From NCBI GenBank assembly GCA_034189535.1, contig JAXHUQ010000001.1, positions 67 to 64,066 on the forward strand: a stretch of DNA of 64,000 bases, given 5' to 3'. This document shows, one piece after another, positions 10,274 through 18,427 of the stretch. The notes beneath the pieces are model-generated. The model searched no databases. It was not told where the DNA came from and saw nothing but the letters and a program-made list of their open reading frames with translations. Source of the DNA: Halobacteriota archaeon. GTDB lineage: Archaea; Halobacteriota; Syntropharchaeia; DAOWMC01. How positions within the stretch are numbered: position 1 is the stretch's first letter; each line of letters opens with the position of its first letter. Position numbers and translations under genes: made by a program.

Positions 10274-10786
10274 ATGAAATTCGTAATAAATATTGAGCGA
10301 TGTATCGATTGCGGTGGTTGCTGGGTTGCATGTAAACAGGCAAATGATGTCGATGAGGAGATCCAAAGAATCAGAATAGTGACAGTAGATGAAGGTGTTG
10401 CCGGGGAGAAGAGTATACCTGTCCCTTGTATGCACTGTAGTCAGCCTGCCTGCATGAATGTATGTCCGGGAGAAGCGATAAGCAAGAGATCCGACGGAAT
10501 CGTTCTTGTAGATCAGAGCAAATGCATCGGATGCAGGTACTGTAATATGGTGTGTCCATTCGGATCTCCACAGTTCAAAGAGTCCGGAAGTAAGATGAAC
10601 AAATGCACATACTGTGTTGAGAGGATAGACGCGGGACTCAGACCTGCGTGTGGTATCTTCTGTTCGACAAAGGCACTGTACGTTGGAAAATCTGAGTCTG
10701 ATATTGATTCTCACGCAACAAAGATCGGTGCTAGAAAGCTTGTCGAGATAACCGACCCGGATGTGTACATAAAAGGGAACATTTGA
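10274..10786 (+). CDS. fdhB: Formate dehydrogenase iron-sulfur subunit (4x[4Fe-4S] ferredoxin-like)
   Basis: Four Cys clusters (CIDCGGCWVAC, CMHCSQPACMNVCP, CIGCRYCNMVCP, CTYC...C...C); lies 11 nt after fdhA. Confidence 0.75.
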   Translation: MKFVINIERCIDCGGCWVACKQANDVDEEIQRIRIVTVDEGVAGEKSIPVPCMHCSQPACMNVCPGEAISKRSDGIVLVDQSKCIGCRYCNMVCPFGSPQFKESGSKMNKCTYCVERIDAGLRPACGIFCSTKALYVGKSESDIDSHATKIGARKLVEITDPDVYIKGNI

Positions 10787-10787
10787 G

Positions 10788-11315
10788 GTGAAAGAGATGA
10801 ATAGAAAACAAACAATAGCCTTCATGGCATCGATGATTGCACTTTTGGCTATAGGGTTTGCCAGTTCTGTCTCCGCTGAGACCTTCGGAGAGCACCATGC
10901 ATCAATAGGGCCTTCAATACCAGCCGATCCGACGAACGAAGATTGTCTTAAATGTCATTCGTCGATGCTCAAGGAGGGAGATACTGAAGGAGTAAAAGCA
11001 TTCCACATAAAACATGTGGAGACTCTGAGTATGAGTTGCATTCAGTGTCACAAAGTAGATGAAGAGTTACCAACTCTCAAACGGCTTGTTTCAGAGGACA
11101 CTTGTGTGCCCTGCCACGAAGAAGGCAGCATGGGTCGTGAGATCTTTACATCAGCAGATGACGATATGCAAACGACAACTGACGATAAGGAAACGACTAC
11201 TTCAGACACTACAACAGTTGGAGACGATGACGAAGAAACTCCGGGATTTGAGGTGATCTTCGCTGTGACAGGACTTCTTGCAGTCGCGTATCTTGTACTT
11301 AGAAGAAACAAGTGA
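10788..11315 (+). CDS. Secreted tri-heme c-type cytochrome with a Thr/Asp-rich linker and PGF-CTERM archaeosortase-A sorting signal
   Basis: Signal peptide; three CxxCH motifs (CLKCH, CIQCH, CVPCH); C-terminal 'TPGFEVIFAVTGLLAVAYLVLRRNK' (PGF, then TM helix, then basic tail). Start overlaps the fdhB stop. Confidence 0.75.
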   Translation: MKEMNRKQTIAFMASMIALLAIGFASSVSAETFGEHHASIGPSIPADPTNEDCLKCHSSMLKEGDTEGVKAFHIKHVETLSMSCIQCHKVDEELPTLKRLVSEDTCVPCHEEGSMGREIFTSADDDMQTTTDDKETTTSDTTTVGDDDEETPGFEVIFAVTGLLAVAYLVLRRNK

Positions 11316-11316
11316 A

Positions 11317-11344
11317 GGGGAAAACTACTTCCCCGTAATTTTTA
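11317..11344 (+). terminator. Hairpin GGGGAA-(6 nt)-TTCCCC followed by a T-rich tract, a putative terminator after the fdh/cytochrome operon
   Basis: Seen directly in the sequence immediately after the cytochrome stop. Confidence 0.4.
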
Positions 11345-11436
11345 GTCGCTTTAATTCCCCTTAAACAGATTGACGAGAGGCCGTTTTTATTGGGGGATCT
11401 GGGGAAAGATATATAACATATTTTAACCAAATTAAT

Positions 11437-11748
11437 AATGAGAGAGGAAGGGCGACTGCCGGTAGCAATCTTACATAGATTGTGGCTGAGGAAAGTCCCC
11501 CCACCATCTGGACACACGAACACCGATTGGTGTAGGGCGAGAGTCTTGGCTCTGGCACAGAAACGATACCACCGCATATATATGCAATGATACAGAAATG
11601 TTGAGGTCTTATGTTGGTGGGTGGAACGGCGAAACCTCGTGGGTGCAAGCGAAAAGGGCAGATAAGGCGTCCAGACGATGCTCTTTAAAATATGCGCTAA
11701 GATGAATGTCGCCTCGAACAGAAGGGGGCTTACTCTCCTCACTCGGGT
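11437..11748 (+). ncRNA. rnpB: RNase P RNA (archaeal type)
   Basis: Universal CR-I 'GAGGAAAGUCC' at 11488-11498 and CR-V 'ACAGAAGGGGGCUUAC' at 11718-11733; CR-IV-like 'GGUGGGUGGAACGGCGAAACCUCGUGGGUGCAAGCG'. The ends are approximate. The minus-strand ORFs called here are spurious. Confidence 0.75.
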
Positions 11749-11878
11749 ATTTGAGAGGGGATAGATATCGATTTAAGGAAGAGGGAATATTAATATAGGT
11801 AGTGCTAGTTAATAATAGGTGGTATCAATATCAGCTTTTATCTGATGGCATCACTTAATAACGTGGGAGAAACATGAT

Positions 11879-12589
11879 ATGGTCGAATATAAACTCGGCA
11901 TAAGCGGATTGGATGATGTGATAGGGGATGTGAGGGGCGGATCCAATATCATGCTGATGGGACCTCCAATGAGTAAAAAAGAGGTTATTATCAATAACAT
12001 CGCTTATCAGGGCCTTAAGACAGGGGAATCCTCTATATTTATTTCTACAGGAGAATCCGGCGAGAGTATAATTCGTTGGTTCAAAGATAACGGAAAAGAT
12101 ATCAATGGTTATATCGACAGGCTTGGTGTTATCGATTGCGTATCAAAGACTCTCGGGCTCAACGTCGAGGATACCGAATCTATAAAGAGGATATCTTCGC
12201 CGGTAAATCTGACCGGTATCAGTGTAAGTATTACTAACTTTTTTGAAGAATTCTGGATGAAGAAAGGAATCCAGAAATCAAGGCTTTGTGTGGATTCTCT
12301 CTCAACGATACTTATGTACTCAAATCTGCAGACTGTCTTCAGATTTCTCCATGTCCATACCAGGAGGATCAAGACTGCAGGAGCTCTTGGGGTATATATC
12401 ATCGAGAGTGGTATGCATGATGAACAGACAATAACCACTCTAAAACAACTTTTTGACGGAATCATCGAGATAGAAGAAGAGAACGAATCGTACTTTATCA
12501 GGGGTGTTGGGTTGACAAAAAAACCAACAAAGTGGTTTGAGTACGAGGCAGACGGTGCAGAGATGATCGTTAAACATAAGGAGAGGTGA
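11879..12589 (+). CDS. KaiC/RadA-like RecA-superfamily protein with a degenerate P-loop (probably inactive)
   Basis: 'GISGLDDVIG..GGSNIMLMGPPMSKKEV' has KaiC-type architecture, but the Walker A GxxxxGK[ST] is replaced by GPPMSKK. Confidence 0.5.
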   Translation: MVEYKLGISGLDDVIGDVRGGSNIMLMGPPMSKKEVIINNIAYQGLKTGESSIFISTGESGESIIRWFKDNGKDINGYIDRLGVIDCVSKTLGLNVEDTESIKRISSPVNLTGISVSITNFFEEFWMKKGIQKSRLCVDSLSTILMYSNLQTVFRFLHVHTRRIKTAGALGVYIIESGMHDEQTITTLKQLFDGIIEIEEENESYFIRGVGLTKKPTKWFEYEADGAEMIVKHKER

Positions 12590-13767
12590 GGATGATTGAG
12601 ATCGGAATCCCTAAAATAGATGATTATCTAAAAGGTGGGTTACCAATCGGAAAATCACTCCTGTATTATATTCATCCGGGTGTGGAAGGGGACATATTCG
12701 GCATGCAGACTCTTTACACCAACCTTAGGAAGGGGCATAAAGGGATATGTATAACTACGACAGCCAGTCCTGAGACTTTACGGGAGAGGTTCAGAGAGTA
12801 TGACTTTGACCTTGAGAAGTACGAAGAAAATTTTGAGATTATCGACGCGTACTCGGCTTTGATCGGTGCAAACTCGTCTGAAAAATATGTTGTTGACAAC
12901 CCGGAGGATATTAAAAACATCGATAAAGTGATAAGAGAAGCAATTGAGGATTCTTCTGGAGGGCTTATTATCCATGGATCTCTCTCGAATATTATGGATA
13001 TGTGCGGTGAAGAGGAGACGCTTGAGTATATAGAAGGCTGGAACAAGAGTATGCTATTATATGACGGCGTCGGGATATACAATTTTACAGCCTGGCCCTA
13101 CTCAGATGAGACCATTAAGAAGGTGAGGGATGAGTTCTTCAATGCCGTTGTTAAGATAGGCGGGGTTGCTGAGAAGGTGATATTCGGGCAATACTATTCT
13201 GTCTCCAAGTCCGACTGGACGGATGGTAATCAGAGCCATTCAATTCTATTCAAGATAATTAAGCCGGGAGGTGTAAGGGCTTACCTTCCGAAGATTCTCG
13301 TCACAGGTCCTTTCAATGCAGGAAAATCGACATTTATACATTCGCTTTCGACAAGATCCGTATCTGTTGACAGATTCGGGACGACTGTTGCTCTGGATCA
13401 CGGTCATGTGGACCATAACGGTTTCTCGGCAGATATCTTCGGAACTCCGGGTCAGGAGAGGTTCGACCCGATCCTTAAGACGCTTGGTGGTGAGGCAATG
13501 GGTGTTTTTCTTGTGATAGATTCGACCAAACCTGATGAGTGTGAAAGAGCCAGACAGATGCTTGACATTACTAAGACATTTGGGCTACCATCTGTTGTAG
13601 TTGCAAACAAGCAGGACATTCCAGGTGCATCAAGTGTTGATGATTTAAAGAGTGAGATGGCCATCTTGGATGAACAGATACCTATAGTACCAGTCGTTGC
13701 AAAGGATGGTAAGGGTGTTATTGAAGCGTTTGAAATGCTTATAGATCGGATTATGGTGAGGCTATGA
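12586..13767 (+). CDS. Fusion protein: N-terminal degenerate KaiC/RecA-like domain plus C-terminal small Ras-like (MglA/Arf-like) GTPase
   Basis: N-term 'GIPKIDDYLKGGLPIGKSLLYY' is KaiC-like without a GKT P-loop. C-term has G1 'GPFNAGKST', G2 Thr 'FGTTVA', G3 'FGTPGQERF' and G4 'ANKQD'. Confidence 0.65.
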   Translation: MRMIEIGIPKIDDYLKGGLPIGKSLLYYIHPGVEGDIFGMQTLYTNLRKGHKGICITTTASPETLRERFREYDFDLEKYEENFEIIDAYSALIGANSSEKYVVDNPEDIKNIDKVIREAIEDSSGGLIIHGSLSNIMDMCGEEETLEYIEGWNKSMLLYDGVGIYNFTAWPYSDETIKKVRDEFFNAVVKIGGVAEKVIFGQYYSVSKSDWTDGNQSHSILFKIIKPGGVRAYLPKILVTGPFNAGKSTFIHSLSTRSVSVDRFGTTVALDHGHVDHNGFSADIFGTPGQERFDPILKTLGGEAMGVFLVIDSTKPDECERARQMLDITKTFGLPSVVVANKQDIPGASSVDDLKSEMAILDEQIPIVPVVAKDGKGVIEAFEMLIDRIMVRL

Positions 13768-14129
13768 GTACGGTAAAAGATATGCTTGATAAGCTTTTGG
13801 ATGACCTCAAGAGGGTTGGAAATATCGAAGCTTCGGCAGTGGTCTCGCGTGATGGCCTTCTCATGGCATCGGATATCCCCGATGGTGTCCATGCCGAGAC
13901 ATTTGCTGCAATGAATGCGACGATGATGGGTGCTGCAGAGACGGCCATATCGGAACTTAATAAAGGAATCCCTGACAGGGTCATAATCGAATCAAAAGAA
14001 GCTAAAGTAATAGTCACTGGCGCCGGTCAGAAGGCACTTTTAGTTGTCATGTCGAGGCCCGAGGCCGGACTAGGATTGGTTCTCGTAGAGATGGAGAAGG
14101 TAACAGAGAAAATTAAAGGGTTGCTGTAA
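13764..14129 (+). CDS. Roadblock/LC7 (MglB-like) domain protein, paralogue 1
   Basis: 121 aa with the typical 'VEASAVVSRDGLLMASDIP...ETFAAMNATMMGAAE' Roadblock fold pattern; start overlaps the GTPase stop. Confidence 0.75.
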   Translation: MSTVKDMLDKLLDDLKRVGNIEASAVVSRDGLLMASDIPDGVHAETFAAMNATMMGAAETAISELNKGIPDRVIIESKEAKVIVTGAGQKALLVVMSRPEAGLGLVLVEMEKVTEKIKGLL

Positions 14130-14220
14130 AAGTTGGTCTTGATATTAAAAAATTAAAACTTGCCGAAAAAATCATGAGTAAAGAGATGCATAAACAATAT
14201 GGATATTCAAGTGTGATAGT

Positions 14221-14787
14221 GTGAAGGATAAAGTTTATTCTCAATTCTGGTACGAATCAGAAAAAGGTGCTGTGATAAGTAATACTATTAAAGGCAGATA
14301 CGTCATAACCCCACATAGCTTCCTACATATAGTTACGGAAGAGTACAAGAAAGTTGCAGGAAAGGGGGCAGCTGTAATACTTTATGCAATGGGTTTTGAG
14401 GATGGAATCAAGATAGGTCAGGCTATGTCAGATCAATTCGAGATCCATAACATAAAAAAATATAAAAAGGCAATCTCAGCATTTTCCGGGGTGGCGCAAG
14501 GTGCTGTAAATTTCTTTTTGGATTATTTTAAATGGGCAACCGTACTTGATCTTGATATGGATCTGGAAAATATGCGTGTCGTGATAAAGCTATCAGACCA
14601 TGTATTCACGAGATACCAAGAAGGAAAAGAAGAGTCCTACTGCGATTGGATACGTGGATGGATCGCGGGTTTGTTTACAGTCCTTCTTGATGAAGGCATG
14701 GCCTGTCAAGAGACCAAGTGTAAGACACTTGGTGATGAATATTGTGAATTTACTATTGGTAGAAAGGAGGAGATTCTACTTGGCTAA
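14221..14787 (+). CDS. V4R-domain protein (Bet3/TRAPP-like fold)
   Basis: C-terminal V4R Cys motif 'CQETKCKTLGDEYCEFTI'. Confidence 0.6.
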   Translation: MKDKVYSQFWYESEKGAVISNTIKGRYVITPHSFLHIVTEEYKKVAGKGAAVILYAMGFEDGIKIGQAMSDQFEIHNIKKYKKAISAFSGVAQGAVNFFLDYFKWATVLDLDMDLENMRVVIKLSDHVFTRYQEGKEESYCDWIRGWIAGLFTVLLDEGMACQETKCKTLGDEYCEFTIGRKEEILLG

Positions 14788-15262
14788 GACTGACCTCAAC
14801 AAAAATATCTTTGACGTCTACGGTGAGTACGCCATATATCACCCAGACCTTATTATAGTGAATCGTAAGGTCTCAAGTAGTATCATTGGCTCCATTTCAA
14901 AGACAGTCGATTATAATATTGGAAAGAGGATAGGAAAGATAGTTGCAGAAGAATGCAAAAAACTTTTCAAGAACAATCCACTGGATGCCTCTTTTGAGAT
15001 TATTGAATACAGCGGATGGGGGCAGATAAAGATCGACAGGAGTGAGAATGTTGTGAAGGTGCGTAACTCACTCGTCTCAAGGTACTATCTAAAACATGAA
15101 GGTGCTTCAAATGATACGATTGATGACATTATGAGTGGAATAATTTCCGCTATATTCGAAGAGATCGAGGGGAAGGAGTGCAAAGTTACCGAAACCAAGT
15201 GTATAGCGAAAGGCGATGAATACTGTGAATTTACGTTAAGTTTTGGTAATTTAAACGAATAA
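14780..15262 (+). CDS. V4R-domain protein, second copy; start re-assigned to TTG with a GGAGG Shine-Dalgarno 8 nt upstream
   Basis: V4R motif 'CKVTETKCIAKGDEYCEFTL'. The track ORF 14600..15262 overlaps the previous gene in another frame. AGGAGG at 14766-14771 precedes TTG at 14780. Confidence 0.55.
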   Translation: MAKTDLNKNIFDVYGEYAIYHPDLIIVNRKVSSSIIGSISKTVDYNIGKRIGKIVAEECKKLFKNNPLDASFEIIEYSGWGQIKIDRSENVVKVRNSLVSRYYLKHEGASNDTIDDIMSGIISAIFEEIEGKECKVTETKCIAKGDEYCEFTLSFGNLNE

Positions 15263-15339
15263 AATAGCAAAGTTTATATTATGTGTGTCCTTTGAATTGG
15301 ATACATCGAGAAATAGTATGCGGGGTCGCATGGGTTAAA

Positions 15340-15705
15340 ATGACAACGACAAAAGAGATGCTTGAAAAACTTTTGGATGACCTCAAGAGGGTTGGAAATA
15401 TCGAAGCTTCGGCAGTGGTCTCGCGTGATGGCCTCCTTATGACATCAGATATACCCGGTGGCGTCCATGCCGAGACATTTGCTGCAATGAATGCGACGAT
15501 GATGGGTGCTGCAGAGACGGCCATATCGGAACTTAATAAAGGAATCCCTGACAGGGTCATAATCGAATCAAAAGAAGCGAAAGTTATTGTTACAGGCGCA
15601 GGTCCAAAAGCACTTTTGGTTGTCATGGCGAGGGCAGAGGCCGGACTAGGTCTTATTCTGGTCGAGATGGAGAAGGTAACAGGGAAGATCAAAGAACTGC
15701 TCTAA
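15340..15705 (+). CDS. Roadblock/LC7 protein, paralogue 2 (near-identical to paralogues 1 and 4)
   Basis: Protein sequence nearly identical to the 13764 and 17399 copies; start at the internal Met 'MTTTKEM'. Confidence 0.7.
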   Translation: MTTTKEMLEKLLDDLKRVGNIEASAVVSRDGLLMTSDIPGGVHAETFAAMNATMMGAAETAISELNKGIPDRVIIESKEAKVIVTGAGPKALLVVMARAEAGLGLILVEMEKVTGKIKELL

Positions 15706-15854
15706 AGGTGTTGATCAGCTTTCTTTTTTGTACCACAAATTTATATATAAATAGTTCCATATAGCTACAAGGACTTTAGTTATCCTGTTGAGGGGATATA
15801 CCGAGCCATATATATGATTGTCGTATTGATCAGATATATCTGCAAGGTGAAATA

Positions 15855-16223
15855 ATGCCAACTATTATTGAGATGTTGGAAAAGATCTTGATGGATCTTA
15901 AGATGACAGGGGAGGTGAGCGGTTGTGCTATCGTCTCACGAGACGGGCTGTTGATGGCCTCAGATATTCCAAAAGAGGTGGATGGTGGTACATTCGCTGC
16001 TATGAGTGCAACCATGCTTGGTACAGCAGAGACCGCTGCTTCCGAGCTCGTTGAAGGAGTACCTGATAAAGTCATCGTTGAATCCCCCAATGGTAAGATA
16101 ATCATCTCCGGTGCTGGCTCCAGTGCTCTTATTGTCTGTACAACACCATCTGAAGCGAAGCTAGGTTTGGTGCTTGTTGAGATGGCACGTACTTCGGAAA
16201 AGGTCAAAAAAGTGTTGTTATAG
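15855..16223 (+). CDS. Roadblock/LC7 protein, divergent paralogue 3
   Basis: 'CAIVSRDGLLMASDIP...GTFAAMSATMLGTAE' is the same fold pattern at about 50% identity. Confidence 0.7.
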   Translation: MPTIIEMLEKILMDLKMTGEVSGCAIVSRDGLLMASDIPKEVDGGTFAAMSATMLGTAETAASELVEGVPDKVIVESPNGKIIISGAGSSALIVCTTPSEAKLGLVLVEMARTSEKVKKVLL

Positions 16224-17402
16224 GTGATGTTGTTGATCGAAACAGGGATAGAGCATCTTGACAGAAGTCTTGGTGGAGGCATACCTAATGGAAATACACT
16301 TCTTTATTACATACAGCCAGGTATCGAAGGAGAAATATTCGGTATACAGACGCTATTTCATAACCTGGAAAAAGGGTACAAAGGAGTCTTTATAACATCT
16401 TCGGCTCACCCTTCTGCAATTAAAGAATACTTTCTTGGCTTTGGATGGGATGTAGACAAGTACGAGGGTAAATTTGCTATGGTTGACGCATACTCTGCAC
16501 TTGTGGGTGCAGATTCCACTGAGAGATACGTGGTCGAGGATCCTGAGAATATTGAGAACATCAATGAGACCATCTCCGAAGCGATGTTGCATTTTCCCGG
16601 TGAGGTGATCGTATGTGGGTCACTCTCAACAATAATGGACCTGTGTGGTGAAATAGAGACGCTGAGATGTATTGAGAACTGGAATAAGATCATCTGCGTA
16701 AACGACAGCGTAGGAATCTACAATTTTACAGCGTGGCCTTACTCACAGGAGACGATTAAAAAGATTAGGGATGAGTACTTCAATGCCACGATAAAAGTTG
16801 GAGGAATAGCCGAGAGGGTCATCTTCGGTCAGTATTACGGGGTGCCAAAGGTGGACTGGACTGACACAATTATAGAATCCGTTTTATTCAGGATATACCG
16901 TCCTGGCGGAGTAAGGGTATATCTACCAAAGATACTGGTGACGGGGCCATTTAACGCTGGGAAATCTTCATTCATCCGCTCGCTTTCATCAAGGTCTGTT
17001 TCTGTTGATAGGTTTGGTACAACAGTGGCATTAGATCACGGTCACGTTGATCATAAAGGTTTCTCCGCCGAGATATTCGGAACGCCCGGTCAAGAGAGGT
17101 TCGACCCGATCCTTAAGACGCTTGGTGGTGAAGCAATGGGTGTTTTTCTTGTGATAGATTCGACAAATCCTTCAGAATTTTCTCGCGCAAAACGTATGCT
17201 CGACATCACCAAGACGTTTGGATTACCATCGGTTATTGTCGCAAACAAACAGGATATGCCCGGTGCATCAAGCATCGAATCTATCAGAACGCAGATGAAA
17301 CTTCCCGAAGACATTCCCATAGCACCAACGGTTTCAAAAGAAGGTGAAGGGGTAAAGGAAGCGTTTGAGATGCTTATTGATCGTATTATGGGAGGATTAT
17401 GA
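16224..17402 (+). CDS. Second fusion of a degenerate KaiC-like domain with a small Ras-like GTPase (paralogue of 12586..13767)
   Basis: Same architecture, with 'GPFNAGKSS', 'FGTTVA', 'FGTPGQERF' and 'ANKQD'. A stretch of about 75 nt (17093-17167) is identical to 13458-13532 apart from one mismatch. Confidence 0.65.
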   Translation: MMLLIETGIEHLDRSLGGGIPNGNTLLYYIQPGIEGEIFGIQTLFHNLEKGYKGVFITSSAHPSAIKEYFLGFGWDVDKYEGKFAMVDAYSALVGADSTERYVVEDPENIENINETISEAMLHFPGEVIVCGSLSTIMDLCGEIETLRCIENWNKIICVNDSVGIYNFTAWPYSQETIKKIRDEYFNATIKVGGIAERVIFGQYYGVPKVDWTDTIIESVLFRIYRPGGVRVYLPKILVTGPFNAGKSSFIRSLSSRSVSVDRFGTTVALDHGHVDHKGFSAEIFGTPGQERFDPILKTLGGEAMGVFLVIDSTNPSEFSRAKRMLDITKTFGLPSVIVANKQDMPGASSIESIRTQMKLPEDIPIAPTVSKEGEGVKEAFEMLIDRIMGGL

Positions 17403-17764
17403 GTACAGTAAAAAATATGCTTGATAAACTTTTGGATGACCTCAAGAGGGTTGGAAATATCGAAGCTTCGGCAGTGGTCTCACGTGATGGCCTCCTCATG
17501 GCGTCAGATATTCCTGGTGGTGTCCATGCCGAGACATTTGCCGCAATGAATGCGACGATGATGGGTGCTGCAGAGACGGCCATATCGGAACTTAATAAAG
17601 GAATCCCCGACAGGGTCATAATCGAATCAAAAGAAGCCAAAGTAATAGTCACTGGCGCCGGTCAGAAGGCACTCTTGGTTGCCATGTCGAGGCCCGAGGC
17701 AGGGCTCGGACTAGTTCTTGTTGAGATGGAGAAGATATCGGAAAAATTGGCGGAGGTGCTCTAG
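17399..17764 (+). CDS. Roadblock/LC7 protein, paralogue 4
   Basis: About 95% nucleotide identity to 13764..14129. Confidence 0.75.
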   Translation: MSTVKNMLDKLLDDLKRVGNIEASAVVSRDGLLMASDIPGGVHAETFAAMNATMMGAAETAISELNKGIPDRVIIESKEAKVIVTGAGQKALLVAMSRPEAGLGLVLVEMEKISEKLAEVL

Positions 17765-18427
17765 ATGGGGGATACGGAAAATTCCATACCATTTTTTGAT
17801 AGGGATGAGGAGTCGAGACACTTCAGGATAGGAGGTGTACCACATGCCCTGATCGATAACGAGACAATTGCAGAATTATATGTACTTCTTATCAGATCAA
17901 TCGGAAAAGAGATGACAAGAAGATTTTTTTACGATTCGGCCAAGAAAGCCGCGTTTAATCTGCAGAAAAGGATGATTGAAACATCTGATGCAATAACTGA
18001 TGATCCGGACAAGATCGTTGAGAGAATATCTATGTTTCCATATTATCTCTCCAGTTATGGATATGGTACTGGTGAGACCATAAAATCAGATGCGAGTTCA
18101 GGTAAGTATGTTTTCAGGATAGAACATTCCTTCATATCAGACGAGTTGAAGACCAGAGGTCTTGAAGATCCTACATGTTCATTCATAGCCGGTATCTTTG
18201 CCGGACTTGCCGAAGCTTGGACTGGAGAGGAGTACTCCTGTAGAGAGCTACATTGCGCCTCGAACGGATCTCCATTCTGTGATTTTGAACTCTTCCCCGG
18301 ATCTCTCACCGACAAGTTCTTCGGAGAGATTGAAAACATAAAAGACGTACTATCAAAACTGGATATTGCGGTGGAATCGATACATGAAACCATGCAGACA
18401 AAAAATGTGAGATCAAAAGTCAAATAA
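17765..18427 (+). CDS. V4R-domain protein, third copy
   Basis: C-terminal 'CRELHCASNGSPFCDFELF' V4R Cys motif. Confidence 0.55.
   Translation: MGDTENSIPFFDRDEESRHFRIGGVPHALIDNETIAELYVLLIRSIGKEMTRRFFYDSAKKAAFNLQKRMIETSDAITDDPDKIVERISMFPYYLSSYGYGTGETIKSDASSGKYVFRIEHSFISDELKTRGLEDPTCSFIAGIFAGLAEAWTGEEYSCRELHCASNGSPFCDFELFPGSLTDKFFGEIENIKDVLSKLDIAVESIHETMQTKNVRSKVK

Noticed and set aside
11299-11742. ORFs 11299..11742 and 11361..11648 on the minus strand
   Set aside because: They overlap the RNase P RNA gene and have no protein-like features.
13751-14017. Minus-strand ORFs antisense to the Roadblock genes (13751..14017, 15279..15692, 17386..17652, 15830..16282). They mirror each other because the sense genes are near-identical.
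   Set aside because: The plus-strand frames encode well-formed Roadblock/LC7 proteins that fit the operon; the antisense ORFs are low-complexity Ala/Ser-rich artefacts.
14600-15262. Long form of the second V4R ORF starting at 14600
   Set aside because: Its first 60 codons overlap the first V4R gene in another frame; a TTG with an SD at 14780 gives a sensible V4R-length product.
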